The notes below the pieces were generated by a model. It ran no database searches. It was given only the letters and a program-made list of their open reading frames with translations, and was not told the origin of the DNA. From NCBI GenBank assembly GCA_002633005.1, contig NMRA01000380.1:303873-367872 (forward strand): DNA of 64,000 nt, written 5' to 3'. The number at the start of each line of letters is the position of its first letter. Position 1 is the first letter of the stretch. This DNA comes from Phoronis australis. Lineage: Eukaryota; Animalia; Phoronida. The position numbers were made by a program, and so were the translations under genes. Positions 12,536-26,200 of the stretch are shown here, in pieces.

Positions 12536-15500
12536 TCAAGAACTGCTAATTCTCCCTACCATACTTGAGACCACATTTACTCCAGTTTCCTGTTTCAGTT
12601 TTCTGTCGTCTTCATTAAACTTCTTATTTCAACTCTGTAAAGTAGGACGGTAAGGATATCCTAGCTAAGCGAGAACGTCCATAGTTTCATTTCAAAATAA
12701 AACATTGAGTAACAACTCTCGTACAGTTGTTTAGTTTCTATGAACTGATTTGCATCAAATTGCTCACAACTTAGTGGGCATTAACGACTTTTTAAAACCA
12801 AATTAGTGTGATACAATGCCCAAGGGTAGCCGCTTTTTGAACTGGGTCGCAGATTATGAACAAAAAAGAAGAAAAAATTAATTACTTAGTAACGTATAAA
12901 ATAATAAAGAAAATGTAGATAGGCGCCTATGACGACATAATAGAAATACATTTAATACCCAAGAGTAATGATAAGATAGCATGGTATGTCAGTAAATAAT
13001 CATCTATGTATTACCGCCAAATTAGCTGAAAGAGGTTAAAACGTACTTTAATCTTCCAGTTGTCAATTGTCTTTCGGAAATAATAAATATCAAAATTACG
13101 GGTATGCTCGGCGTCTGATATCACGTGTCGTTAACCAATAGGTCAATGATCTCTATGTCTCAATTATTGAATGTAAAACTTTCTTTTTGTTGAGGGGGGG
13201 GGTGGTGCGAGTTTGTACGTTAAGAGTGAGAATGGCTTGATTTTTTGTCTTACATGTCTTTGTATTTATGTTCTGTATACCAACAAAAAAACTTCTTTCT
13301 GTCTATGGCAAGAATGTACAGTTCTGGTTACCGATACGCTCCATTTGACCACCAACTGAAGATTCATGGGTAATATTTCAAATACTTTCATAGTCCGAAC
13401 CAATGAAAATCCTTGGAAAGCTCATCTATAAAAATCCCAGTGATGAATAGATTCGATGTAAAGTCAAACTCAAGTCGTGTGACATGCTCGAAAGGACCAA
13501 CAAGAGTCCCACAAGTGGCATCATGAACCTATGGACATATAACCATGCTATTATTCACCGACTAACTTAGGAATTCCCTGCAAGGGACAAATTTTCCCAC
13601 CACTTAGTACGCCAAGGTATTGAAAGCTACATGTACAAAGTTTCCAAAGTAATGGGCATATGGTTGCAAACAACGTGCATTGCCAGGTTTTAATTTTGCG
13701 AGAGGGAAACATTGCAATAAACATAAATTCAAGGGGTCCGTGCTGGATTACACGGGGACAGAACTCTCATTTGTCCCGGAGATAAGAAAGCGCGAGACTT
13801 CGTTTTGGAAATCAGGTACGATTTCGTGTCTCTCGTTGGATGTCGGGAAGGCGAAGAATTTCACATCACGCATCCACAAGTATTTGTCAAGTTTATCAAA
13901 CTTCGGAGTTGCAACGTACAGTACAGCAGCACTTTGTTGGAACTGGAGAGAAAAACTTCAATGAACCATATGAAACTCCGATGGCACGAAAACGAGGCAG
14001 CAAATATGCCTGACGGATGTTTTTGGCATTGTGGGTAAATACAGCGAGATTAGAGTGTCACTGTGTAATCCGGGACGGCTCTATTGCACCCCGTATTCAC
14101 TGTTCACAATCATCTTCGGCTCTTTAAGGTTATCTTAAACCTTATTCACAAAAACTGCCAATGTGTGAAATCTAAGCTACATGTATGTCGTTCGTAAAGC
14201 CCTAGCTTATCTTGTTCAAACTATTGAAAATGTATAACAGCTTGAGTAGGCGGCCTACCATGTTATAATGTTCGATTCTGTAATCAAACCACAAGCTTTT
14301 TGACCAAAAGTTTGTACCTCAGTCGGAATAAGAAAACCATCCACTATTCTCGACTCAGTGCTCCCGTGGCCTCCTCGGAGTTCTTGTACATCAGTTTAGG
14401 AAAGGTTCCCGTTCGACTATGCCGGCCATGTTATCCTTAAAGGCGAAGGCAACCTTTTTCCATGTCATTTTGAGCTAAAATAAGGTTGGTTGGTTATCCT
14501 AGACATGTTTTCCACTTAATTACAGCTTTTCGTAATTTTATTAATTACTCGTCCGCTACTGCGGAAGTGACGTTTTAGGAGGCAAGCATTTCGCGCCAAT
14601 TTCTTTTCATATAGTCTGACTGTGAGAGCTGCCGAGTCAGTCATTGTTTTACCTCGGTTGTGTTAAGTTCCGTCGTCGTTTGCTTTCATTTACTAGTCAG
14701 TCAACATGCCACACTGTTGCTGCGTACCGGAATGTACTAATTATCGGCTCACGCGCGCTTTGGGAGTACCTTTGCATCGCTTTCCGATGGATGACACACT
14801 TCGCCGTACTTGGCTCGTTCGTGTNTCAAGAACTGCTAATTCGGCTCCCTACCATACTTACTCCAGTTTCCTGTTTCAGTTTTCTGTCGTCTTCATTAAA
14901 CTTCTTAATTTCAACTCTGTAAAGTAGGACGATAAGGATATCCAAGCTAAGCGAAAACGTCCATAGTTTCATTTCAAAGTAACATTGAGTAACAACTCTC
15001 TTACAGTTGTTTAGTTTCTATGAACTGATTTGCATCACATTGCTCACAACTGGGCATAACGACTTTTTAAAACCAAATTAGTTTGATATAACGCCCAAGG
15101 GTAGTCGCTTTTTGAACTGGGTCGCAGATTATGAACAAAAAAGAAGAAAAAAAATTAATTACTTAGTAACGTATAAAATAATAAAGTAAATGTAGATAGG
15201 CGCCTATGACGATATAATAGAAATACATTTAATACCCAAGAGTAATGATAAGATAGCTTGGTATGTCAGTAAATAATCATCTATGTATTACCGCCAAATT
15301 AGCTTAAAGAGGTTAAAACATACTTTAATCTTCCAGTTGTCAATTGTCTTTCGGAAATAATAAATATCAAAATTACGGGTATGCTCGGCGTCTGATATCA
15401 CGTGTCGTCAACCAATAGGTCAATGATCTCTAAGTCAAGTTCTGCTCTGGCCCTGGGGTCAGTGCTTATCTGCATTGACCCAGATGAAACGTCCAAGTAT

Positions 15501-16820
15501 TGCTACAGTGGACTCAATTATTGAATGCAAACCTTTCTTTTTGTTGATGGGGGTGGGGCGTGTGTGTACGTTAAGAGTGAGAATGGCTTGATTTTTTGTC
15601 TTACATGTATTTATATTTATGTTTTGTATACCAACAAAAAACTCTTTCTGTCTATGGCAAGAATGTACGGTTCTAGTTTCCGATACGCACCATTTGACCA
15701 CCAACTGAAGATTCATGGGGAAGATTTCAAATACTTTCATAGTCCGAACCAGTCAAAATCCTTGGAAAGCTCATCTATAAAAATCCCAGTGATGAAGAGA
15801 TTCGATGTAAAGTCAAACTCACGGCAAGTCGTGTGACATGCTCGAAAAGGCCAACAAGAGTCCCACCAGCGGCATCATGAACCTATGGACATATAACCAT
15901 GCTATTATTCACCGACTAACTTAGGAATTCACTGCAAGTGACAAATTTTCCCACCACTTAGTACTACGCCAAGGTATTGAAAGCTACTCGTACAAAGTTT
16001 CCAAAGTAATGGGCATATGGTTGCAAACAACGTGCATTGCCAGGCTTTAATTTTGCGAGATGGAAACATTGCAATAAACATGAATTCAAGGGGTCCGTGC
16101 TAGATTACACGGGGATAGAACTCTCATTTGTCCCGGAGATAAGAAAGCGCGAGACTTCGTTTTGGAAATCAGGTGCGATTTCGTGTCTCTCGTTGATGTC
16201 GGGAAGGCGAAGAATTTCACATCACGCATCCACAAGTATTTGTCAAGTTTATCAAACTTCGGAGTTGCAACGCACAGTACAGCAGTACTTTGTTGGAACT
16301 CAGTGGAGAGAAAATTTGCAATGAACCAGACAACAACAAATAACATATGAAACTCCGATGGCACGAAAATTACGAGGCAGCAAATATGCCTGACGGATGT
16401 TTATGGCATTGTGGGTAAATACAGGGAGATTAGAGCGCCAGTGTGTAATCCGGGACGGCTCAATTGCACCCCGTATTCACTGTTCACAATCATCTTCGGC
16501 TCTTTAAGGTTATGTCAAACCTTATTCACAAAAACTGCCAATGTGTGAAATCTAAGCTACATGTATGTCGTTCGTAAAGCCCTAGCTTATCTTGTTCAAA
16601 CTGTTGAAAATGTATAACAGCTTGAGTAGGCCTACCGTACCATGTTATAATGTTCGATTCTGTAATCTAAGCTTTTTGACCAAAAGTTTGTACCTCAGTC
16701 GACGGAATAAGAAAACCATCCACTATTCTCGTCTCAGTGCTCCCGTGGCCTCCTCGGAGTTCTTGTACATCAGTTTAGGAAAGGTTCCCGTTCCAGTCGA
16801 CTATGCCGGCCATGTTATCC
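12536..16820. repeat. ~2-kb near-identical direct duplication (12536-14436 vs 14826-16820), probably uncollapsed haplotypes
   Basis: Co-linear with scattered SNPs and indels; the second copy begins exactly after the single n at 14825. Confidence 0.85.
14441..14824 (+). mobile_element. Left end of a second Kolobok-like element with an intact THAP N-terminus, truncated at an assembly join
   Basis: TTAA at 14437-14440 followed by aggcgaaggcaacc, similar to aggagaatgccac of the 24146 element. ATG at 14706 gives MPHCCCVPECTNYRLTRALGVPLHRFPMDDTLRRTWLVRV (THAP CxxxxC...HRFP...W). Cut by n at 14825. Confidence 0.75.
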
Positions 16821-19800
16821 TAAAGATGCATTGATACCATGTAAGCGTAAAACCCTTGTTATTTTATTATTTGTTTTTGATTCACATTTTGGTTCCTCAG
16901 AGTCTCTCACAACGCCAGACAAACTGCATTTCGTGTGCTCGTTGATTTATGCAATACATGAGCGTTTTTTTGCAAAAATCGAAACGGGTTGAAGTGTTTT
17001 CCGGACGTTAATTAGAAAGGGACAGATGGCTGATGTTTCCGCTATTTCAAAAATGAAACCTCTAAGACAGTTCTCTCTTGTAGACCGAAAAATGTTTAAT
17101 TCAAACCGCTATAGAGGCTAGTGTTCTCTGGCTCAAACACAGCATTACTCCAACTAGTTACTGAGGCTTTTTAGACTTAAAGCAAAATTTACACTTTTTC
17201 TTACACGACGGTGATATGTCGCCGGAGCCAGGCGGCATTTACGGCTGAAGTAATTATAATATACAATCCCTGTAAACTTTGAAGCTCTTTTTTATTTGAA
17301 ACGCGCATGCTTTCGAGGATGTTCTTTCTGGTAACATAATGGAATCCTATCAGGGTATTTGTGTACGAGACCGAGTTATGACAGTAAACAGTCGGTTTTC
17401 TTTTTAGCGAACTAGCAAACCGTCACCTCAGTGTCCCAGAGCCCGGCTAAGAAGCAGCTCAGGCAAGATTTGTTGTTCGGTCAGAGACTATCACCATGAA
17501 TTACGTTATTACCCATTTATGCCCCTGTATCCATAAAGGAACAAAACAACCGTTCCACTGGCTTTTAGTTGCAGCAAAGTCGAGAATTCAAATATCGTTG
17601 TACATTGTCCGGCTGGGAGTAATGATATTGGTCCTAGGCATGGGTTCTGAGTCTCCAGTCGGGTTGAAGTTGTTCACGAGCTCCGTTGCAGTGCCATCTT
17701 TGGGGTACGAGGAACACTGAAAGTCACAAATCCTCTCTTAGTTTAGTAGTAGTGACATTGTGTCTGGACAATCATATGCAGGCTGCTGCTCCTCGAATGT
17801 GTCAGGAGTTTGGTGTTTTCAGTCATTATGTGCTCTTAAATTGGCCGAGTTGATAATCAGATTTATAGTAGTTATTAAGCCGAAGTTGTCTCACTCTTGA
17901 TTCTTGTAAGTTATGTACTGTCGTCACTTGTAGAGACAAGAGTAGAGACAGGAAGAGGTTCCTTGTAGAGATTAGTCTTAGATTAGAGAATCGAGACAGT
18001 GCCACTCATCTCACTCAGTGAGATTCTCACTGACTCCACTTTATTCCCTTTTTGATTTAAGTCTATTAGGCGTGCTCAAGGCAGCAACGCACTTTATCGC
18101 CTGTGCTGGGCCCGTTCCAAGGGTGGCTCTATCTATGCGTCGCCTGTGCCTTCGGCATACACAGGTATTAGTGTCACTGGTCATGGTGACAATAACCGGC
18201 ATTGCCTTGGCATTGTCTCCTACCACAGGCACCTTGTATCAGCCCTCAACGATATACTATAATATTAGTATATCATTGATGGCTGATTAAAGGTGCCTGC
18301 CTATAACGTAGAATTGTCGTGAGGACTTGATAGGGACCTCAGGGGTCTCACGCTCCACTGATTTATATACACTAGCTTGAAAAGGCTTTGCCCAGCTACA
18401 CATTTTGTGTCACGAAAGAGATAATGATACCTGAAGCTAATGCTGCAAGTACAACTTTTCTCGTTTATCACATTGGTGTAGACTCACAGTAGAACTGTGA
18501 TTTTCTGTTGAGCCCAAACTGTCCGGAGTTGCACCATATACCAACTCCGGACGGTCTCACACGATTTAGCGTTATGTGTGCTCCTACTGACTGTCTTCAT
18601 ACCAGTTCTTTCTGCTTGTCATGCCTTACTACATTAGTCTTGGTGCATAGCTGTATACTAATTATAGAGCTTTGCTGTATTTTGACTATAGTCTTCAGCT
18701 TCACAGCAGCTAGCTGGCTGGCTAGTCATGCCTTTGGCCTTGTGAGGAAGTTTGTTATTGAGTCAGTTATAGTCGAGTGAAACACTGGTGATAAACTGGG
18801 TTCAAACATTGTAAAGTCAGTGACAGGGGCGTAGGGCCCTCGATTCCTCAATTTTGGGGACCCCTTTGAAGCATGCGTAATTCGATCCCCTCGACAAGCC
18901 CAAATTTCCCCTCCGATGATCAAATAATACGTTTCAAGGTTAGAATCATTACTGCAAAATGTCAGGTTTGGCTCCCGGAGGTTTGTCGATAAGGGATGGT
19001 GGAGGTGACTGGGGGNATTTGTAATTGGTGGTGACTGGGGGAGGGGCCTGATTGATGGAGTGATACATACACAAAGGTGTACATTGCCAGTGTATTACTA
19101 TACTTCATTCAGTGTTACACCACTACCCGCTGTATCATTTTGTTCTTTGGTGCCCATTATTACCGAAATCCTCAAATTTTAGTTATATTTGTGTAAAATG
19201 AATCTTCCTCAATTTTAAAGTATCCATAGACTTTCTTTTTAAAATGTCCTACATTAGGAGTTGTGTTTGTAAGTATTTAACAATGGGTGTGAAATATGTC
19301 TGAACATACTATTGAATTGGCCACATCTTGTCTTTTAATTTTGCCATAAGAATATATCAAAATTTGAAAGTTCTGATGAGCTTGTAGTTTTAGATTCACC
19401 TTTCAACTCAAATTCAAAAGGACCTAGTTCAGTCTCAATTCCAATACAGGTGGGTCACGGTGATGTTTGGCACTCTTCTACAAAATGTACAAATTTCACT
19501 ATTTATAACCCCAACCTTGTATCAAAATGAGGAAACTTATACTTGATGTGTTAAATATAAAGCAATAAGATGGTCCCAGATAGAAGTCTCCTTTCTCTTG
19601 GAGGCACATTTTTTTCAATGGCCTTGCTTTAGAAATGACGGGCTGGTTTGAGGTATCATGTCGGAAAATATTTTGTCCATAGATGTTTCTCAAGTTAATC
19701 CAAGTTTTTGTTGTCAGAGTTATGTCCCTCTGCGCAATAGCTATTCACTGATTTTGGAAGTATGAATATAGTTAATTGAGTCGACAAAAACTTGACAAAA

Positions 19801-19966
19801 GCAAGGCCCAACAAATAACATTGATGAGAAATTCCAGTGGCTTGAAAGAGAGGCTGGAAAATTGCTTGATGGATGTTGCAGCATTGTGGGTAAATTTGAC
19901 TAGATTCGAGTGTCAGGCCGTCCTGTGGGAAAGGATGGGAGCACGGTGGTCATACGTCGCCTGAGC

Positions 19967-20100
19967 CAGGGCTCGACATAACGAGCTGCAGGTNTTGCGA
20001 CCTGGCATTTACTAATGCGAGCTGGATTTTGAAAATGCGACCTGGGATTTTGGCTAGGTCGCAAAATGCGACCTGGCGATTTTAATAGCGTCGAGCCCTG
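19967..20100. mobile_element. MITE with 11-bp TIRs and 5-bp TSD (hAT5-like)
   Basis: TIRs cagggctcgac / gtcgagccctg; TSD tgagc at 19962-19966 and 20101-20105; internal tgcgacctgg sub-repeats; contains n at 19994. Confidence 0.75.
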
Positions 20101-20160
20101 TGAGCACTACTTAGAGTTGCCTGTACCGCAATGAGCCTCTTGTTTTGTAGATTACCTGAG

Positions 20161-20293
20161 ATGGCCAAACTAGAGCTGTGCCATACCCTCGAGGGTCATC
20201 TGGACAGAGTATGGTGTGTGTCCTGGAACCCCACCGGCACGCTCTTGGCTTCCTGTGGAGCTGATAAAGTCATCAGGATATGGGGCAAGGAAG
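20161..20293 (+). CDS. CIAO1: CIAO1 coding exon 1 ([18 protein letters not shown]...RIWGKE)
   Basis: Acceptor ttttgtag ends at 20150, ATG at 20161, donor gtataa at 20294; phase 1. Confidence 0.93.
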
Positions 20294-23200
20294 GTATAAT
20301 TGCAAGCTCTCTAATTAGGATATACATTGAATCATGATTAAGGATGGTTTCAAATCGAGACATTGAAACTTGAAAGGAATATACGTAACTTTCAGGGTAG
20401 TTTTTCTCGTGAAAGTGTTTCTGTAATTTTTGACACCAATAATTTAGTTCTGTAAATAGAACTTGACTTCCATTTATTTCAAATTTTGCATATGAGATTC
20501 ATTTTGATTAGGAGAACAGTTAAGGCCCTTTCATACTAACGTCGAAGCGTCGATGTGTCGGGGAGTTGCATTCAGTATGAACGGATAACTTCTGTCCTGG
20601 ACTGAAGTTAACAGCACCAGTTAACTTCGCAGTAAACAGGTGGATTTAAGAGCGGAGCGTCGTCACTGCTGTGCAGTATGAACTGTCAACTTCGGTTCCA
20701 TCGAAGTTATCGCCAAGTGCCTCTGTTATCGTCAACAATTAAAGGGCAGCGTCATCACTAATAGTTGCTTATATTTTGCTCAAATAATCACCAATCGAAT
20801 TAAAAATGAATTTTATGTCAATTAGTTCATGTTCCCAAATTGTCCCATTAAAAGAATCTTAGCGTGCAGCGCTACATTGGGATTACTTCGATGACATTAG
20901 CGTTGCAGTTTAGGTCGACGCTGTGCTCAGTATGAAAGGGCCTGTAGATGACCATTGTTTAAAGTAAGCCTACGCATAACTTCAGATGCTCATTAGAGAA
21001 AAACCTGAAATGTGGGGTTGACTCCAGGTAATTATCATTTGTAATTCATCGTGAATAGACAAATCACTCTGGCTCAGACAAATCACCCGGGCATTTATTG
21101 CGCCATGAACAAAATAATTCTCATTTAAAATCACGTATTTCCAAAGTATTTGAAAATGACAATGAAAAAAGTAATGCTCTTTGCTATTTTCTTATTTGTT
21201 TAGTTTTGTTGTGGTTAAAGATATACAACAAAAATCGTGCCTTCCGCATATGCAGCAGAATACCTAAACAAGATTGACCTACTTGAATAATGAGGTCACA
21301 CTGAACCCATCACTGTAAGCAAATAATTAATTGTGGTTGGATTTTTTTCATTTAAAGACCTTCATTATTGATTTTGCATGATAGCAATGAAATGGAAAAC
21401 ATCTTACAATGCCAAGTGGTTGATGTGTTGTTCATCGATAATGCTCACAGAGAGGCTGGATCTTATCAATGTTACGGTTTGCAAGCCATTGTGCGTTTGG
21501 CCAAATTGCTCATGAAAGTTACGCACCAGCATTCATAAGTAATTTATATAACTCTAGTCACCGCACTATCATCACTGATTGTCTAGTAGGCTTTTCGTGG
21601 AGATTCATTGTAATGAGGAGTATTACGTAACTGTTCTTTCTCACATGCTAATTTCTGAAATGGCGATTTCTATGAAATTTTTATTTGATATTCAAAGATA
21701 GGACAAGTATGCAAACCATGGAGTCAAACCAGCTTTGAAATTAATGTGAGGGGACATTCGTAACTTTACGCTTATTGCTATTCTTATTTAGTTGCAAATG
21801 TTCAGTTATTCTTATGCTAATGTCTTTGTTGCGTCTCAGTGCACCTTTGTTACGTGGGCATGTGGGCGCGACTGTATGTGTCAGACACTTCGCTAGCGAC
21901 AGGCTTAGGAGAAGGGTGTTTCCTTCCTTTGTCTTCATGAAAATTGATCGTTATCATGTGCAATTGAACTGAAACGTATGCCTGATGAGATGAAATACAC
22001 ATTTTTGATGTTCAGTGGAGACTTGTTCTGTTACATTATGATTGCCTAGTCTGTGTTTTTTACCCGCGATGCTAATCATTTCTCCCATATAATTTATCGA
22101 TCTCATCGCTGTCTGGTTACTGCTAAAGATACTTTTGGCCCATGTTTAGCTATCAATATTAAATTTTTAATCAAACTGCTTTGAAGTTTAAAATCATCAT
22201 GATACTCATTCGATCTTGAATTGTTGCCGGCAACTCAGTTCTTGGGCAATACATACATGCGCCATATTTATATCTGCCATTTTAGGGTTAGCCAACTCCT
22301 ATTAAATCTGGAGGAATTTCTTGAGTTACTGGTGGTTTTTATGTTTTTGTTAGTTCTGTAAACAAAATCCTGTCGTGGTAATGGTTATTATGAGACTGCA
22401 GTTTATGAGAGAAAATGACTTAATTCTCTGTTTTAATTTTTTTTTGTTATCCAGCTAAACAGAGCAAAATACAGCTTGAAATGAGGCAATCAGTAGCTGT
22501 GTTTAGTAGTTTACCGCCTTAGGATTGTATTGGAAATCAATTACAGTTATTCAAGACTTGTCCAGTATCTTTCTCTTTCATTTAAAGAATATCTGTCCAA
22601 TGTTGACTTTTTTCACGATTTCTCACATCTTAAAAAAGCTTATTAGTTGTGATGTTGTTTGTGATTATATCACTCACATGGTAAAGAAACTGTTACCTGT
22701 TGTGTTTTGTGTCTCAAAAATTTCTTTTTTATCCCAGGCAGCGAAAGTTATTTGTAATTATGGCCCTCTATCCCTCAATTTTGAGGCCAAACGTCTGCCT
22801 CATTCCCCTTGCAAAAATGTTAAAAAATCACAAAAATTCTCCTCAAGTCACTGAAAATTTCCCTTGAGGTTCGAATCACTTGTAACTCACACAGGTGACA
22901 ATTTGAAAGAACCCAAAGGTTTTGGCTACTTGAGGCAGAGCCTATAAGGGTTTGCAACAGTGGTTGGGGGTGCTATTGATGGTGATTGGGGGATTAAATT
23001 TTCCCCTCACCCTAAAAAAATTCCCTCTCAGAAGGCACAGGCACCTTTTGCCTCTAGTGATCAATTGCCTTGGTTATAGTCAAGACTTCCTACCAAAAGT
23101 CTTAGTGTTTTCCTTCATAAGCTGATTTGTTGCCTTTTAGGAGACCAGTGGGTGTGCAAGACCATCCTCCAAGATGGCCACCAGAGGACCGTCCGCAGTG

Positions 23201-26200
23201 TAGCCTGGTCACCATGTGGTCAATTCCTGGCCAGCTGTAGCTTTGATGCCACCACCTGCATCTGGGACAAACGAGGCGGAGAGTTTGAGTGCATGGCCAC
23301 GCTAGAAGGACATGAAAATGAGGTACGTATGGTGGTGCTCCACCTCTGGGCGGCACATCATTGGAACAAATCCCAAGGGGGTCGCTTCCATAGGCTGATG
23401 TGTGCCGCCAACTCCATTGTAAATTTTTTTTTGTTTCCCGGGTATCATTTTGGGTCAGTAGTTTGAGTTTGCAGTATCGTCTCAATGAGTAATACGAGTT
23501 TTCAGCTAGCGGGGTTTGCACAGGCACACATGCAGTTTTGCTATTGACTTCGGTACGTTTTTTCATATTTTGTATCGTTACCCACAGGAGGCAGTGTGGC
23601 CTAGTGTGATAGGTGCCTACTTTCTTTACTCGAGGTCGCGGGTTTGAGTCCCACTGTGTCACACTGCTAGACCCTTGAGTCAGGTTTCTAGTTCGCAGCT
23701 CGGTTTTAACTATATGTTAATAAAGCATAAAAATGGTTCCAGGTGATCAGCACAATGGGCCCACATGTGCAGCCTGCTCACGTCTGGTACGTGTACCAGA
23801 CCGCCTGCAATTTTTTTATATTACCCATTTTCGGTTGTCCCACCAAGCGAACTTTCTGTTAATTTAAGTAATATTTTTGATGATTCTCAGCAACATATGA
23901 ACTTGGCTTTCTCATTTTCATAAGGTTGTAAGAATTTAAGAAGTTCAGTTTCTTGCAAACTTTCGAAAGTGATTTAACCTTAGCATGAGTAATAGTCGCT
24001 TAATACTTGCCCTGGTTTGAGAACCAGTTTTCTCCACTGAATAATTGGCATCAAACTGGTTCTCAAAATGTGTAATCCCTGTAGTTGGCTAGTGCCTTAG
24101 CATGTACAATACAGACAAATTCTTGTATCGGGTGAGTTATATTAAAGGAGAATGCCACTCGATTGAATTAGTCTTTTTTTTCCATCTTAATCCATTTATA
24201 TCCACTTCGCCTCTTATACGGTCGACCTCACCTTTCCGAGAGGTGTCGCGTTAACCTGTGAGGAAGGTGAGAAGCAATGCAGCAACATCAGTGGTTCGTC
24301 TGTAGAGTGAATGCCGCTAAATTGCGGTGCATCGGTTCCCGCTTGTCCGAACTATGAAGCTGCGAAAAAAGCCGGTATATCGTTTTTTCGACTTCCTCGA
24401 AAGCCTGAAATGCTTAGGAAGTGACTCACAGTAGTGAAGAATGAAAGATATGCTGTTAATAGCAAGTATGAGGATGTGAAACATCTCTGTGTCTGTGACT
24501 GCCATTTCGTCAACAGTGATTTCTCTGACGAATTCCGGCTTACCAAAGAACTATCCATACGTTCCGTTGCCTGTGCATGTTCACGACTCCTCTCTAGTAT
24601 TTCTTGATCAGTGTATTCCGGTTCGAACTGATAGCCTGTGTATCCTAACGATCCATGTGTGAAGTCTTCGTCCGATGAGCTCTTGACTAAGTTGGGATTG
24701 GCGCCGACGAGTTGCCATGTAGACGTTTATTATTCTGCGTTCTGTTTCAAAATGAATTATTCTCATCCTAAGATGATCCTAACCAATGCAGCTTATATGA
24801 AACTGAAACAAAGTGTGTCTCATTAGATACAATTTGTAATGCCTTGGAGTGCTGGTGAGTGCATGTTTTGAGAAGCTAGCAATGAATAAACCACTGCGTT
24901 ACCGGCTTTTGATGCCGGCAATAAAGGTAATTTACCGGGCACCGAGGCCGTGTGAGCGCATGCTAATTCGGTGTTTGCTGACAGAAAGCTGTTGTGAAAC
25001 AATTACTTGATTTTATATGCTAATGTCACATGTTAGCGGAATCTTTATTTAGAAATACAAATACATTATTCAAATCATTATTATTGTACAACCTTTGCCC
25101 TGACGGTCTTTGGAAGGGGAACCCAACTTCGCAGCCCCCGCCAAGTAAGTAGATTTTCAGTTTCGTCACGGGCTAATTTACATAAATAATTACGTGCACA
25201 TTATTTCTTTGGCTCTCTATTATATTCTTTCCGTCACGGGCCTGATCGGGCTCTGAGCCACTGGCCGGGATAACAAATGTTTTGTGTGTTTAGAACTCAA
25301 AAAATCACAAGTATAAACTACACAGATCTAGGTTCTCCTGTCTGTATTTCACGGAAGAATACTTTGAATTTATCTTCGAACAGACCCCAAACTCCTGCTA
25401 TGGACCTTGGTAAATTGACCTGCCGAACTTTGTTGGCTACGGTGTTTCCAAATACCAGTAAATCCGTAACAGCGAAATAAAACGACACGTTTTTATAAGA
25501 ACTCGGTGTATTGTTAAGGGTTTTACGTCGCAGTTTGATGATTTATTGGTTTTAAACGATGAATTCAAATGATAAGCTGACACCACTTACCCATGTTGTG
25601 AAGTGCTGAACAGACTGCATGTGAAACCAATTACGTCATGGGATAATTTCAACACCTCTGTCTGCCGTCAGGTGTCGGGTAACGCAACCAAACCTGCCGT
25701 TATCGAGTAGAACTACTCCATCTAAATTGATACAAAATAGGTTGTTTTTTGGGTGGCATTCTCCTTTAATGACATAAAAAGTGTGTGACTGGTAAATAAT
25801 TCCAGATATGCATATGTGAACAAAACCAGTGNTGTTCACGGTGCCTCTCTAGTATTTCTTGATCAGTGTATTCCGGTTTGAACTGATAGCCTGTGTATCC
25901 TAACGATCCTTGTGTGAAGTCTTAGTCCGATGAGCTCTTTACTAAGTCGGAATTGGCGCCGGCGAGTTGCCATGTAGACGTTTATCATTCTGCGTTCTGT
26001 TTCAAAATGAATTATTCTCATCCTAAAATGATCCTAACCAATGCAGCTTATATGAAACTGAAACAAAGTGTGTCTCATTAGATACAATTTGTAATGCCTT
26101 GGAGTGCTCGTGAGTGCATATGTTTTGAGAAGCCAGCAATGAATAAACCACTGCGTTACCGGCTTTTGATGCCGGCAATAAAGGTAATTTACCGGGCACC

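Noticed and set aside
17800-18825. Solo LTR (TGTCA...TGACA)
   Set aside because: No target-site duplication (aatg vs gggg), no second copy and no primer-binding site.
21982-22000. Minimal hammerhead core CTGATGA-gat-GAAA
   Set aside because: Stem II is absent and no stem III or stem I pairing could be built.
23587-23660. Functional tRNA gene
   Set aside because: A and B boxes are present but the acceptor and anticodon stems do not pair; called a SINE relic instead.
23102-23662. 186-aa minus-strand ORF
   Set aside because: Antisense to CIAO1 exon 2 plus the SINE relic; no independent coding signal.
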